Source of the DNA: Tortispora ganteri
Taxonomy: Eukaryota
NCBI GenBank assembly: GCA_003707115.1
Contig: PPNB01000012.1
Span: 62,001-126,000, forward strand
Direction of reading: 5' to 3'
Length of the DNA stretch: 64,000 nt
The notes beneath the pieces were generated by a model. It saw only the letters and a program-made list of their open reading frames with translations. It searched no databases and had not been told where the DNA came from. Numbering within the stretch: the stretch's first letter is position 1; each line of letters opens with the position of its first letter. Positions 21,934 through 33,229 of the stretch are shown in pieces. Position numbers and translations under genes: made by a program.

Positions 21934-24054
21934 ATGACCCCGCAAAAGAAATATTCCCGGAACATTGTTTACGACAAACCTCCTTTCTCTGTTATCGTTT
22001 CAGAGCCTGAAGAAGGCGCTACGGGCATCTTTCGTAGTCCAAGCTCCAAAGATGCTCTCATGACATCACCGGATCCCAGTATTACCACCGTATACAACAT
22101 CATGGAGTATGGCGCGAGAAAGTATCCCTCTAGACCCTGCCTTGGATCGCGCGTCCTCAAAACCGTTATCAAGGAGTCAAAGAAAGTACCCAAAATGATC
22201 AATGGTGAACGAGTAATGGTCGACAAAGAATGGGAGTTTTTTGAACTTTCTCCCTACAAATTTATAACTTACTCTGAGGCCCACGATATCGTCAAAGCGA
22301 CTGGATCCGGCCTTAGAGAGCTTGGCATACAACCAAATGGCAAAGAACGCTTCCACATGTTCGCCGCTACTTCCGCGTACTGGCTCACTACCGCTCTAGG
22401 TGCTATGTCGCAGAATATTCCTATTGTCACTGCTTACGACACTCTTGGTGAAGACGGTCTTATCCACTCTATTAAAGATACTGAAACTCGCGCCATGTTC
22501 ACAGATGCTACCCTGCTGAAGAGCCTCGTCAACCCAATCAAGGAATGTCACCTTATTCGGTATATATTCTACCGTAACGATCATCCTTCCGATGCTCCTG
22601 CCGATATCGACAATGAAATAATCGCTACTCTGAAAGGTATCCGCGCCGACATCCAGGTCATGCCTATCGACGACCTTATCAAGATTGGAAAACTTCACCC
22701 TCATGACACTATTCAGGCTGATCCCGCCGACCTGGCATGTATCATGTACACCTCTGGCAGTACAGGCAAACCCAAAGGCGTTATGTTGAAGAACTCTAAT
22801 GTAGTAGCTGGCGTAGCCGGCGCAGACGGCACCGTTAACCGTTTCCGCTGCTTCTTGTCACCTGATGACCGAATTATTACTTATCTACCTCTTGCTCATA
22901 TCCTCGAGTTTGTGGTCGAACTTTGTGGTTTAATCTGGGGTACAAGTTTGGGTTACGGCACCGTACGCACTTTGTCGGATTTGAATGTCCGCAACTGTGT
23001 GGGCGATATCCGCGCATGCCAGCCAACCATTATGGTTGGTGTTGGCGCTGTCTGGGAGACTATCAGAAAGGGAATTATGAATAATCTTGAAAAGCAATCT
23101 TCGCTTGTGAGGAAGCTGTTCTGGAGTGGTTTTAAATTGAAACAGATTATGAATACATATGGACTCCCTGGACAAGGTGTAATTGATTCGGTGATTTTCA
23201 AGAAAGTCAAAGCTGCTACGGGCGGCAAATTGCGAGTTCTTTTTGCTGGAGGATCAGCTGTTTCTTTGCATACTCAAGAGTTCTTATCGCTTACAGTAGC
23301 ACCAATGATTATTGGTTATGGCTTGACCGAGACTTGTGCTATGTGTTGCATTATGCCTCCCTCCGAGTTATGTCTAGGCACAGTGGGTGGACCTGTCACT
23401 TGTATAGAAATGAAGCTAATTGACATTCCCGAAGCTGGCTACTCCACGAAATCTAAACCTCCGCAAGGTGAAATTGTCGTCCGTGGACCGCCCGTCACTT
23501 CTGAGTACTACAAGAACGAGGAAGAGACCTCGGCTGTGTTCAAGGACGGCTGGTTCTACACTGGTGACGTTGGTGAGCTGACTTCTACGGGTCATGTGAA
23601 GATCATCGACCGACGCAAGAACCTTATAAAAACGCTGAACGGAGAGTACGTGGCATTGGAGAAGCTGGAGGCTATTTACAGATCGAACGCGTACGTTGCA
23701 AATGTGTGTGTGTATGCCGATTCTACTCGCATGAAGCCTATTGCTATTGTGCTACCCAACGAGCCCAAACTAGTTGAGCTTGCGAAATCAATGGGCATAG
23801 AAGGTGATCATTTGCAGTCGCTCGTTCACGACGAAGCGTTGGTTAGGAAGGTATCTGGATCGCTTATTGAAACAGGCAGGCAAGGAGGACTCAAAGGCAT
23901 TGAGCTGATTAATACTGCAGTGCTGACGGACAAAGAATGGACTCCTCAGAACGGGTTTGTAACTCCTGCGCAGAAACTGCAACGTCGTGCTATTCTCGAG
24001 GACAACCGTGCTGCAGTGACTGAAGCATACAACCGCACTGAGGGCGATGCATGA
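21934..24054 (+). CDS. FAA1: Long-chain fatty acyl-CoA synthetase (Faa1/Faa4 family)
   Basis: IVTAYDTLG, MYTSGSTGKPKGV, YLPLAHILE, GYGLTET, GWFYTGDVG, IIDRRKNL..GEYVALEKLE. Confidence 0.95.
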   Translation: MTPQKKYSRNIVYDKPPFSVIVSEPEEGATGIFRSPSSKDALMTSPDPSITTVYNIMEYGARKYPSRPCLGSRVLKTVIKESKKVPKMINGERVMVDKEWEFFELSPYKFITYSEAHDIVKATGSGLRELGIQPNGKERFHMFAATSAYWLTTALGAMSQNIPIVTAYDTLGEDGLIHSIKDTETRAMFTDATLLKSLVNPIKECHLIRYIFYRNDHPSDAPADIDNEIIATLKGIRADIQVMPIDDLIKIGKLHPHDTIQADPADLACIMYTSGSTGKPKGVMLKNSNVVAGVAGADGTVNRFRCFLSPDDRIITYLPLAHILEFVVELCGLIWGTSLGYGTVRTLSDLNVRNCVGDIRACQPTIMVGVGAVWETIRKGIMNNLEKQSSLVRKLFWSGFKLKQIMNTYGLPGQGVIDSVIFKKVKAATGGKLRVLFAGGSAVSLHTQEFLSLTVAPMIIGYGLTETCAMCCIMPPSELCLGTVGGPVTCIEMKLIDIPEAGYSTKSKPPQGEIVVRGPPVTSEYYKNEEETSAVFKDGWFYTGDVGELTSTGHVKIIDRRKNLIKTLNGEYVALEKLEAIYRSNAYVANVCVYADSTRMKPIAIVLPNEPKLVELAKSMGIEGDHLQSLVHDEALVRKVSGSLIETGRQGGLKGIELINTAVLTDKEWTPQNGFVTPAQKLQRRAILEDNRAAVTEAYNRTEGDA

Positions 24055-24484
24055 TTGGCGTCAATATATTTGTTCTTTTTCCTGAGAATTGGTATGTAGA
24101 CTATATGAGCCATTTAATTAACGACCACTGGCCCGTTTACGTGACGATAAAGTAGCGTAACATTGTTCGATTGTTATTGTATGGGGAAAAAGCATTAAGA
24201 TTCTTAAACTCTAAATTAGAGTTTATTGAGATGATATTTTTTTAATCCGAGGAACAGTGTTTCCCCACAGTACTTAATTCTTTTCAGTCAAACATTTTTT
24301 AGCTATTTGGTACGTCGTTTTGCATTTTTGAGGTTGCGAAATAGTTGATTTTGTGTATCTTTTTGTATTGCTCGAAGAAAACGGCGATACGATTTGAGTG
24401 GCGATCACAGAGCGTTAGAGAAGCAGCTAAAACGCTTGTGAACAGCGGTTGTAGCGGTTTGCAAAGGAGATCAACAGGACAGAA

Positions 24485-25417
24485 ATGTCAAGTGTACGCG
24501 TGTTACGCTCGGTGAAGGAAGTGCGCGCATGGAAAAAGAAATTTCAGAGCATAGGACTTGTACCGACAATGGGTGCATTGCATGAGGGTCACCTAGAACT
24601 TGTGAAGAAGAGTATAGCGATGAACGAGAAAACACTTGTTTCTGTATTTGTCAATCCGTCGCAGTTTTCACCAACAGAGGATTTAAGTACTTACCCGCGG
24701 ACTCTGGAAGCGGATTTGGCGTCGCTTGAACGGCTCGGATCAAGCGTGTCGGTGTTTCATCCGCCGGTATCCGAAATGTACCCATGCGGGATCAGCACTA
24801 ACGTGGACGAGCAAATAGGAGCATTTGTGAGTGTTGACGGAATAGGTTCAAAATTAGAAGGACAGTTTCGACCTCACTTTTTTCGTGGAGTATCAACAGT
24901 TGTATCAAAATTGATAAATATATGCGCGCCGCGATACACTTACTTTGGACAGAAAGACGTACAACAAACCGTGGTAGTTCGCCGTTTAGTGAATGATCTA
25001 TTTCTACCTACAGAGATTGTTGTATGCCCAACAGTACGGGAATCTACTGGGTTAGCTATGAGTTCACGAAATATATATATGGACGATACAACGAGATACG
25101 AGGTGGCACCGAACATTTTCAAAGCATTATGCGCGGCAGAGAATCGTTATCGAGAGAAGGCACAGACAGAAGAAAGTGTAAACGCGCAGGAGATAAAGGA
25201 GGCAGGACTTGAAATTCTTGAATCTACACCTGGTATTCAGATTGAATACTTTGAGGTTTCTGATCCCGTGACGCTCGATTCTATGGACACAGTCTCATCA
25301 GCGGCTAAATCCTCACAACCACAGCACCCAGAACAATGGACTGCTATTATATCTACTGCAATTACTCTACCAGGTCGCGACCGACGCGTGCGTTTAATTG
25401 ATAATGTCGTTTTGTAA
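24485..25417 (+). CDS. PAN6: Pantoate--beta-alanine ligase
   Basis: VPTMGALHEGH, SVFVNPSQF, RPHFFRGVSTVV, FGQKD, GLAMSSRN, RLIDN. Confidence 0.96.
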   Translation: MSSVRVLRSVKEVRAWKKKFQSIGLVPTMGALHEGHLELVKKSIAMNEKTLVSVFVNPSQFSPTEDLSTYPRTLEADLASLERLGSSVSVFHPPVSEMYPCGISTNVDEQIGAFVSVDGIGSKLEGQFRPHFFRGVSTVVSKLINICAPRYTYFGQKDVQQTVVVRRLVNDLFLPTEIVVCPTVRESTGLAMSSRNIYMDDTTRYEVAPNIFKALCAAENRYREKAQTEESVNAQEIKEAGLEILESTPGIQIEYFEVSDPVTLDSMDTVSSAAKSSQPQHPEQWTAIISTAITLPGRDRRVRLIDNVVL

Positions 25418-25498
25418 TGTACATAACAATTATTTTGATATTATTATAACTCATTTAGCTTGTTATTGACTTAACTATTTACTTGCTTTAATTGCCTA

Positions 25499-27157
25499 AT
25501 GTACCTTTTACCTTCTACCACCAACCCCCCCCCCCCAAAAACACTCCACATGTCATCTTCACAGGAGGACAACCATTCGGGCCGTAAGATCGCCGATTCT
25601 TCTGATCCGCCGTTTCATATGCCTATAGTATTTAAACGGGCGGCAGCTGATTTGCCAGCAACGCATATAGATACCAAAGACGACCAGCAAAGTGCAGAAA
25701 TCCTCGATATATACGGTCCAGATGAAGGCTCGCCGTATCCGGAAACTGAGATAGAGAAACAGATCCAATCGCGCATAAAAGCTGATATTCTACGTTCAAA
25801 ACTCAACTACTCTGACCCGTTTGACGACATCCACGACAGGTACGGGTTCAGGCGGCAAACAGCCAAGATTTCGCTTGACCAATATAACACTTGGTGGAAT
25901 GAGTACAAGCCATACATACAACGCAGAGAACGTAAATGGCAAGATTTGATGTCAGAAGTTGGATTGTACCACAAGGATACAGCTATTCCACCTACAAGGT
26001 TCCCACCGCGGTCGTCAAAGGTCACCAGGTATATACGTAAAGGCATCCCTGCTGCATGGCGCGGCAATGCCTGGTTCTGGTACGCACAAGGACCTCAATA
26101 TCTCGCTAAACATCCAGGACTTTATGATTCTATGTGGAAAAGAGCATTTACTAATCACAATAGAGACATTGATGTCATAGAACGTGATCTGCACCGCACT
26201 TTCCCGGATAACCTGCTTTTTACCAACCATAATCAAACAGACGACGAGAGTCCCATGATTTCCGCTCTCAGACGCGTGCTGCTAGCCTATTCTGAATATA
26301 TACCTGCTACGGGGTACTGTCAGAGCTTGAACTTTCTTGCTGGCGTGTTCCTGATCTTTCTAGATGAAGAAAAGGCATTCTGGATGCTCGTTATCATTAC
26401 ACAAAAGTATCTCCCAGGAATGCACGACGAAAACCTCGAAGGAGCAAACATTGATCAGGGTGTCTTAATGATTTCCGTCAAAGATACATTGCCAACAGTA
26501 TGGAGTAAGATTGGTATGGGGTTTGATGGATTTTCTGCGGATCAAGTACGTGAAACAACTGATTCTGCTGGTGCAACCTCTCAAGACGACAAAGAACTAA
26601 TTACGCACAGTCGCGCGTCTACGGAATTTATTAGGAAATTACCCCCAATCACATTATCTACAACTTCATGGTTTATGTCAGGGTTCATAGGAACGCTTCC
26701 TTTTGAGTCCGTTGTGCGTATATGGGACTGCTTCTTCTATGAGGGTTCCAAAGTGTTCTTCAGAATCGCTCTAACAATACTCAAACTTTGCGAACCAGAA
26801 TTGAATGCGTTATCTGATCCTATTGATGTGTTCCAAACAGTTCAGGATGTACCAAAATCTATGGTAGACCCGAACTATCTTCTGACATCTTGTTTTAAAA
26901 GGAACAACGGTTTCGGTCATATATCCGAAGCCGAAGTGCGCGCACGACGGATGTATGTATCTGAAATTCGACGACGCACTTCCCGTGGCCAGCTAGGACT
27001 CAACAGGAATGGCAACCCGCCATCAGACCAAAACTTCCAGCAGTGGGATAACAAAATGTATAAGTTCCAGAAGAGAAGTAACAGCCCTCTTCTGCATGGG
27101 CTGCCGCTCCGCTTGAGAATGCATCGTCTAAAATTAGCAGCTGATAACAATGCTTAG
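25499..27157 (+). CDS. MSB3: Rab GTPase-activating TBC protein (Msb3/Msb4-like); start may be ATG 25550
   Basis: DRYGF, RFPPRSSKV..IRKGIP, IERDLHRTFPDN (Arg finger), GYCQSLNF (Gln finger), RIWDCFFYEG. Confidence 0.88.
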   Translation: MYLLPSTTNPPPPKTLHMSSSQEDNHSGRKIADSSDPPFHMPIVFKRAAADLPATHIDTKDDQQSAEILDIYGPDEGSPYPETEIEKQIQSRIKADILRSKLNYSDPFDDIHDRYGFRRQTAKISLDQYNTWWNEYKPYIQRRERKWQDLMSEVGLYHKDTAIPPTRFPPRSSKVTRYIRKGIPAAWRGNAWFWYAQGPQYLAKHPGLYDSMWKRAFTNHNRDIDVIERDLHRTFPDNLLFTNHNQTDDESPMISALRRVLLAYSEYIPATGYCQSLNFLAGVFLIFLDEEKAFWMLVIITQKYLPGMHDENLEGANIDQGVLMISVKDTLPTVWSKIGMGFDGFSADQVRETTDSAGATSQDDKELITHSRASTEFIRKLPPITLSTTSWFMSGFIGTLPFESVVRIWDCFFYEGSKVFFRIALTILKLCEPELNALSDPIDVFQTVQDVPKSMVDPNYLLTSCFKRNNGFGHISEAEVRARRMYVSEIRRRTSRGQLGLNRNGNPPSDQNFQQWDNKMYKFQKRSNSPLLHGLPLRLRMHRLKLAADNNA

Positions 27158-27267
27158 ACAGTCTGAATATGATGAACCATTTGCATGATACAAAAGAAAC
27201 ACCAAACAATATATCCCCATTAAACCACCCTTTTCATTAATTTTTATGTATCAAGAATTAACCAACA

Positions 27268-28773
27268 CTAGTTCCACTGGCTTCCCTCAAAGACGCTGGC
27301 AGATGCAGTAAACGAGAAATTAGGGAAATCTAAATTCTCCTTTTCAGGTTGTGCCGCTGGAATGGGAAACCCTCCATTCACTTCCGGCGATGACACGTAT
27401 CCGTTGTCGATAATATCGTCGGTCGCTCGAGGTGTCGGAATGTCCACACCGCCGCTTGTCATTGTCCCTTGTCGAGAAGACACATTGCTCACTGCATCCG
27501 CAAACGCATTCCGCTTGGCTGGCATCTTAGTAGCCTTTTGTTCGGGCGATATCAGCGACATTGTCGTGAACTCATCCGAGAAATTCTCCGCCAGCGCAGG
27601 ATCGGTGATAATAGGGACAATAGGCGGAGTGATGCTTCTGTAGTCGTGTTCTAAGGCATAGAAATCAACTTTGCGAAAGAACTTATGCTTTTTTATCTTG
27701 TCTAGGTCTGCAGGCATGCATCCGCCAAGTCGCTTTCTAGGATTTTTTCTGAGCAAGCGGGTGACGAAGTCTTTTGCGTAGGGACTGAGATGGAACGGTA
27801 ACACAAGTTTAGACTTGGTGATCTTCTCTATAATTTTCGAATAATTATTGCCAGTAAATGGTGGAGACCCAGTAAGCAAGTCAAATGTCACTGCACCTAA
27901 AGACCACCAGTCTACTGCGCTGTCGTAGGGTTCGCCGAGTAGTACCTCGGGCGCGATATACTCTGCAGTTCCGAGTATTGTATCGCACTGTTCACCATCT
28001 TCAGGGATCTTCGATAAGCCGAAATCAGTCAACACCAAATGCCCGTGCCTATCTAAGAGACAATTTTCAGGTTTGAGGTCTCTGTAGACCACACCGACAT
28101 TGAGATGTAGGTGTGAGAGAGCGAGCACAAGTTCGGCAATGTAGAAGGAAGCAACAGATTCTGTAAACAGACGCTGCTGGATCAAGTGGGTAAATAATTC
28201 GCCACCTTGAGCGTATTCTAAAATCAAATATAGTTTGGCTTCGTCTTGCAGTGCGTAGTAGAGCTTGACGATGAACGGATGCCTTACCGATTCGAGGATC
28301 GCGCGTTCGTTCTTAGTCTGTTCGTATGTGTGTTTCTGAACCACCATAGTGGCCTTTTTGAGCTGTTTCTGCGCAAACAAACGGTTCGTAGTCTTCTCTT
28401 TCACAAGAAGTACTTTGCCATAGGCGCCGCGACCTAGAACACGGATAGGTTCGAAATCGTCTGGACGCGGTTTGTTGGGTAGACCGTCTTTCTCGGCTCT
28501 AGTACTGACGTAACTATTAAGTGTGGCTATAGGTACTTCATAGGATGTTCCAAGTCGCGCTGCTGATGGCGAACAAAGGCCACGAAGGCTCGAAGAGAGA
28601 TCTAAACCAGCATTTGTCGTTGAAGCAGCAGTATAGTCTTCTGCCTCTTCATCGAGATCCAATGATCTGAGTCTGTCATCCAACTGATGCATGTTTGGAG
28701 AGTCGAACATCACAGCGGGTTGTAACGACGTCTTTCGAGAGTCATCCAGATCGTCGAACTGGAACACGTCCAT
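27268..28773 (-). CDS. YPK3: AGC-family S6-kinase-like protein kinase (Ypk3/Psk1-like)
   Basis: [53 protein letters not shown], hydrophobic motif FPNFSF. Confidence 0.85.
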   Translation of the reverse strand: MDVFQFDDLDDSRKTSLQPAVMFDSPNMHQLDDRLRSLDLDEEAEDYTAASTTNAGLDLSSSLRGLCSPSAARLGTSYEVPIATLNSYVSTRAEKDGLPNKPRPDDFEPIRVLGRGAYGKVLLVKEKTTNRLFAQKQLKKATMVVQKHTYEQTKNERAILESVRHPFIVKLYYALQDEAKLYLILEYAQGGELFTHLIQQRLFTESVASFYIAELVLALSHLHLNVGVVYRDLKPENCLLDRHGHLVLTDFGLSKIPEDGEQCDTILGTAEYIAPEVLLGEPYDSAVDWWSLGAVTFDLLTGSPPFTGNNYSKIIEKITKSKLVLPFHLSPYAKDFVTRLLRKNPRKRLGGCMPADLDKIKKHKFFRKVDFYALEHDYRSITPPIVPIITDPALAENFSDEFTTMSLISPEQKATKMPAKRNAFADAVSNVSSRQGTMTSGGVDIPTPRATDDIIDNGYVSSPEVNGGFPIPAAQPEKENLDFPNFSFTASASVFEGSQWN

Positions 28774-29375
28774 GGCAGTTAAAGGAGCGACAGCGTTAGG
28801 TGACTTATAGCGAGCGTGCACGTGTTAAGAGTAGGTGGTATGTCTGATAAAGGAGAGAGAAAATTGGTAACTATGGGCTCTTATTGGTGGGTTATAATGA
28901 GCCGCACTTAGGGTCTGAAGCATGCAGACGAGGGTCGTTACTGAGTAAAGCACTACCACAAAATTTCTACCTGCGAATTTAATTGAGGCATAACTAACGC
29001 AGAACGAAAAAAGCGTATAACAATACAAACATAGAAGTGGGGGATCGCTGGAGCATAAGTGATCTGAAACATGAGGCCAACGGCCACAAGACCTAAAAAT
29101 GTAGACTTGGGAGATTTAGAGTGCTGTTATTGGCTGAAATTGACTAGGATGAGTTAACCACTGACAGGCCCACCGAAAGTGAAAGGTCTGTGACAGTTGA
29201 ATTAAGAATGTGTACTCCGACTCGCACTCCGACTGCGTGCTCAAGGAAATAGAAAAGTACTGATACCGGTTGAACTAGCGTAGACTGTGGAGGATTGACT
29301 GATTAGTGTGAGTTTTTTTTTTTTCGGTATCAGACACGGTTTGCTGTTGTGTTTTTGTTTAGATAACAAGTACAA

Positions 29376-30206
29376 ATGGGAACTGTTACAGAAAGTACAG
29401 GCGATGCGCTCATCGACCGGGCACTCAGACAAATGAAAAACTCATGGGCAGATGCCGAAAATGAGATGATGGGTAAACGTGATCCTCTTCTTGTTGAAAT
29501 AATTGTTTTACCACCAAGTCCGTTCACTTGCGAAGCGATAAGTCTTGCAAGGTACGAGCGCGCTGAGGAGCATTTAACCGATGCCAAGGATGATCCCGCT
29601 TTTAAGAATTTAGAGCTCGCAATGAATTCGATGATCACTGTCATTGAAAATGAACTACGTGATGGACAACTACTTCTGGATCATTTAGGAATTAAATACA
29701 AAGATTCCGGCGATGACGAGAGACTGTACTCGCCAGACTTTTCAATTGCACGCCTTGCTACGCCGTCAACGTCTGTAGACAGTCTCAATGGCGGATTTCA
29801 TTCTTCAGTTAGCACCTCTCAACCTAGTCTGGCAAAAACTATACAAAATGAAGCAATTGCAAAGAGATTCTTCCTTAAGTCAAGTCCTCCACTCAGCATA
29901 TCAGAATACATTCACCGCCTACAGAAGTTCACGCCAATGGCCTCGATCGTCTACTGGGTTGCACTGCACTACCTGCAGAACCTACCAATGCGTTTACAGG
30001 ATCGTAATGTGCACAGAATTGTTCTTGCTGCTCTAAGAATTGCTAACAAAATGTCAGATGACCATATCTTTGCACACAAAAAGTATGCTAGTGTCTCGGG
30101 GATATCGTCCAGCGAATTAACTAACCTGGAAATCAGTTTCCTCTATCTCATGAATTTTAATCTTTCAGTGGACAAAAAGACAATCTCGCAATACTTTCCT
30201 GCCTAG
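29376..30206 (+). CDS. Pho85 cyclin (Pho80/Pcl6/Pcl7-like)
   Basis: KRFFLKSSPPLSISEYIHRL, NVHRIVLAALRIANK..DD, YASVSGI..ELTNLEISFL..F.L.V. Confidence 0.88.
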   Translation: MGTVTESTGDALIDRALRQMKNSWADAENEMMGKRDPLLVEIIVLPPSPFTCEAISLARYERAEEHLTDAKDDPAFKNLELAMNSMITVIENELRDGQLLLDHLGIKYKDSGDDERLYSPDFSIARLATPSTSVDSLNGGFHSSVSTSQPSLAKTIQNEAIAKRFFLKSSPPLSISEYIHRLQKFTPMASIVYWVALHYLQNLPMRLQDRNVHRIVLAALRIANKMSDDHIFAHKKYASVSGISSSELTNLEISFLYLMNFNLSVDKKTISQYFPA

Positions 30207-30354
30207 TACACCGGTCTGTATTGATTCTCTAAGTGGGTGCAGCTAGGGTCTGACTAGCCCCTTGAGCATACATATACACACATCATTGCTACCCCCCCTC
30301 CGCCAGATTCTACCACCCTCGTCAAACTTATACTTTGATCTCTCCACAACAATA

Positions 30355-31152
30355 ATGACTGTACTATCACCAAAACTGAAGTTTCAAATTGGAATTCCTA
30401 CTCAAGTAGATGATACAACATACAAATGGTCTACTGATGATAATTTAAAAATGTTCATACTGGCCTTGGCTCGTGTGCCTTCAGATCAGGCTTGGATCTT
30501 CTTCAACACTAGACACGATCTCGCCTGGCCTGTCTTCTATTCCAGATATGTTCAAATTGTCTCCCTTAAAAATGCTATGGAATCTGATAATCTAACTGTA
30601 TCTCCACCAGCTGCTCACATCATCGCAGCCTATACCACTGTCGCTCCTTTCTTATCTCTCCCGCAGTATAACACAACTAGACAAGTATCCACCCCAAACC
30701 TCCCTGCTCTGTCAGCCTCTGTGCCTGAACCAGAACTGCAAGACCAGTCAGAATACCCTGCATACGTCTATGCGCTGCCACAAAAAACGACTTCACTATA
30801 TGTGACTGGCACCACACCGGCGATGTCGGGCTCTAGCATGCGCAGGCAAAAATTCGTCGAGCCTTCAAACCAATCGGTGTATGCTCCACATGTCACCGCA
30901 GAATCGGCACTCGCTCCACAAAGTGTGTCAACAAAGGACGAGTCAGCAGGCGGCGACACGGTAACGCCACCAAAATGCGAGCAGCTAAAGACCGCCGTCG
31001 AGCAGTTGCACACACCGCAGTCGATCGACTACGACAGCTTTTCAGTTTCCAGGATGATGCTCGCCTCAGATACAGTAACTCTCAGTTCCAAAAAATCACA
31101 TAGGTTGTCTCCACGGCGCCTTTTTAAACGTTTCATTAAGACGAGTCACTGA
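30355..31152 (+). CDS. Hypothetical protein, about 265 aa
   Basis: Long ORF, first ATG at 30355; aromatic-rich N-terminal region, Ser/Pro-rich rest, basic C-terminus. Confidence 0.6.
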   Translation: MTVLSPKLKFQIGIPTQVDDTTYKWSTDDNLKMFILALARVPSDQAWIFFNTRHDLAWPVFYSRYVQIVSLKNAMESDNLTVSPPAAHIIAAYTTVAPFLSLPQYNTTRQVSTPNLPALSASVPEPELQDQSEYPAYVYALPQKTTSLYVTGTTPAMSGSSMRRQKFVEPSNQSVYAPHVTAESALAPQSVSTKDESAGGDTVTPPKCEQLKTAVEQLHTPQSIDYDSFSVSRMMLASDTVTLSSKKSHRLSPRRLFKRFIKTSH

Positions 31153-31172
31153 AATGCAAAACTATTTAACAA

Positions 31173-31961
31173 TTAAAACTCGTCATCCCATCGTCGTCGC
31201 ATCCACGAGGCCTGTGTGGGACCGTGCGCCCCGCCATTTTCTGAAGGATCTTCGCCCGGAGGTGCCCAGTTTGCTCCCATAATAGGAGAGTATGTGCGCG
31301 ACATGGTATACGTTGTGACAAACGAAGCCGCTTTCCCTTTAGATTTGAATAAGCTGTATGAAGAAGTAGGAAATAAAGGAGATGTATTCGTTCCTGTCAC
31401 GGAATGGCCAGGAAGACGCTGCATAGTAGCGTACTTAGCCATACCGGTAGTCTGTTGAGGGTATGGAATAGTATAAGGGCCTGCTGTCTCTGTGGGTGCA
31501 GGAGCATTTACATTAACAGGTTCCTGTCCAGGCGGCGAAACAAGAAAGCCGCCATCACCTGCAGCCGGTGAAGTGCCTGTCATGTCTGTCAGTTGAAATC
31601 TACCAGAGTACACAATAAAAGGCTCATCGGGCGAGTCTGTGAGAAAACCTGAGAACTGGAGAAAGTAAGGGCCATCTGTACCTAATGAAGCATCGATGAT
31701 ATAAGAATAGGACATGGACGTTTGGTAGGCTGAGTAATCAACAGCTTCCAGTAGATAATCAAAACAGTTAATATCAGTGTTGGGACCTGTACAGATCATA
31801 ATGCTGAAGGTCTCGCAATCTGAAAGAGACCAAGCGCTTGTGCCTTCATCGGACCACTCAACAGCCATAGTGGCGCTAGCGGCAAATGTCGCTGAAGGAG
31901 TAGGGCTGAGTATTTCAAGACTAGCAAAAACATATGTAGCTAGCAGGAGAATAAGAAGCAT
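31173..31961 (-). CDS. KRE9: Secreted beta-1,6-glucan synthesis protein (Kre9/Knh1 family)
   Basis: Signal peptide, ICTGPN..INC, YS.RF.L..MTG, YTIPYPQQT...KYATMQ..PG, C-terminal RRRWDD. Confidence 0.9.
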   Translation of the reverse strand: MLLILLLATYVFASLEILSPTPSATFAASATMAVEWSDEGTSAWSLSDCETFSIMICTGPNTDINCFDYLLEAVDYSAYQTSMSYSYIIDASLGTDGPYFLQFSGFLTDSPDEPFIVYSGRFQLTDMTGTSPAAGDGGFLVSPPGQEPVNVNAPAPTETAGPYTIPYPQQTTGMAKYATMQRLPGHSVTGTNTSPLFPTSSYSLFKSKGKAASFVTTYTMSRTYSPIMGANWAPPGEDPSENGGAHGPTQASWMRRRWDDEF

Positions 31962-32354
31962 GCTGTGGGTTTAATTAGTATTGATACTCGGTTTGAGTGA
32001 TATGCAATAGAAAAGGGATGAAGAAATTTCGCGTTCGGAAGTGTTTTCAACGAAATAGGCAGGCTAAAGAGCGTCGGGAAGGTGATCAAGTGCAAAATAT
32101 TTATATACTGGAATCAACCTGAGATTCAGTATTAATGCAGACTAAATAGCAGGGAAACAGTGATTCGTCGAAAAGAAAGGAGAGATTCAGCCTTAGCCGC
32201 GCGTGGTGTATTAAAATCGCAAAAGGTTCCCAAAAGGGAAAAAGGGGGATTTTTTGGTTGTTTGGGGTTAGTAGGGTTAATTTGTAAATTTGCTTAAAAT
32301 ACCACGCACACTTCCGAAACCACCAAAACTGCTCGAATTTTTGCGCCTGATATT

Positions 32355-32732
32355 ATGATTTGGCTCAAGAGCATTGTCAAAGTGATTGACAATTCTGGCG
32401 CGAACTTAGTAGAATGTATTCAGATTATGCGTAAAGGCAAAAAATCTGCAGGACGAATGGGCGACATGTTTGTATGTGTAGTAAAAGACGCACAACCGAG
32501 CACAATGAATACAAAAGTAAAGAAAGGAGAAGTACGTCGTGCCGTATTAGTACGATCAAAGAAAGAGATGCAGCGTCCTGATGGCACAGTCATAAGGTTT
32601 GACGACAACGCGTGTGTCCTGGTAAATAACGCCGGTGACCCTATTGGCACCCGCATCATGGGCGTCGTGGGCAAGGAAATCAAGAATTCTCCTTATTCGA
32701 AACTAGCTGCGCTCGCTCCTCGGATTGTCTGA
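32355..32732 (+). CDS. MRPL38: Mitochondrial ribosomal protein uL14m
   Basis: MIWLKS..KVIDNSGA, RAVLVR, RFDDNACVL, GTRI.G, LAPRIV. Confidence 0.95.
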   Translation: MIWLKSIVKVIDNSGANLVECIQIMRKGKKSAGRMGDMFVCVVKDAQPSTMNTKVKKGEVRRAVLVRSKKEMQRPDGTVIRFDDNACVLVNNAGDPIGTRIMGVVGKEIKNSPYSKLAALAPRIV

Positions 32733-32893
32733 TTTAATCTTTGTCTGGCGTGTTGTAAATAAATATCACAAGCAGTCCGGTACCAAGAGCTGCAAAGAAA
32801 GCTATTGCACGACTATCGGGCGCTACCTCTCGATGGTAGTAGCTCCACTCGACTCTACATCTAACCTACTAATAACACACTCATAACTCATAA

Positions 32894-33229
32894 CTAGCGA
32901 AACGTCTTGTTGCACACCACACACACATAGAATAGCGTCATGGCGGTCTCGGCCCTACGCTGCTGCGACTGGAAGAACACGCATTCGTGCGCATGACAGT
33001 TGGGGCATTCGCGGTCCGATCGTGGCAATGTCAAGTCGCTTCCAATATCAGTCACTACACCGGCGGTCTCCTGTGCCGACGCCATTAGTTCACGCTGCGA
33101 AACCAGCGGCGAGTCCGCAACTTCAACGTACGAACAATTTCGACACGCATATAGCAACCGCCGTTCCTCCTTATCTTCCTGCGGGTAAAGCATGTTGTTG
33201 CATTCTAAACAGAAACGAAAGCTACTCAT
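32894..33229 (-). CDS. RPB9: RNA polymerase II subunit Rpb9
   Basis: [46 protein letters not shown]. Confidence 0.96.
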   Translation of the reverse strand: MSSFRFCLECNNMLYPQEDKEERRLLYACRNCSYVEVADSPLVSQRELMASAQETAGVVTDIGSDLTLPRSDRECPNCHAHECVFFQSQQRRAETAMTLFYVCVVCNKTFR

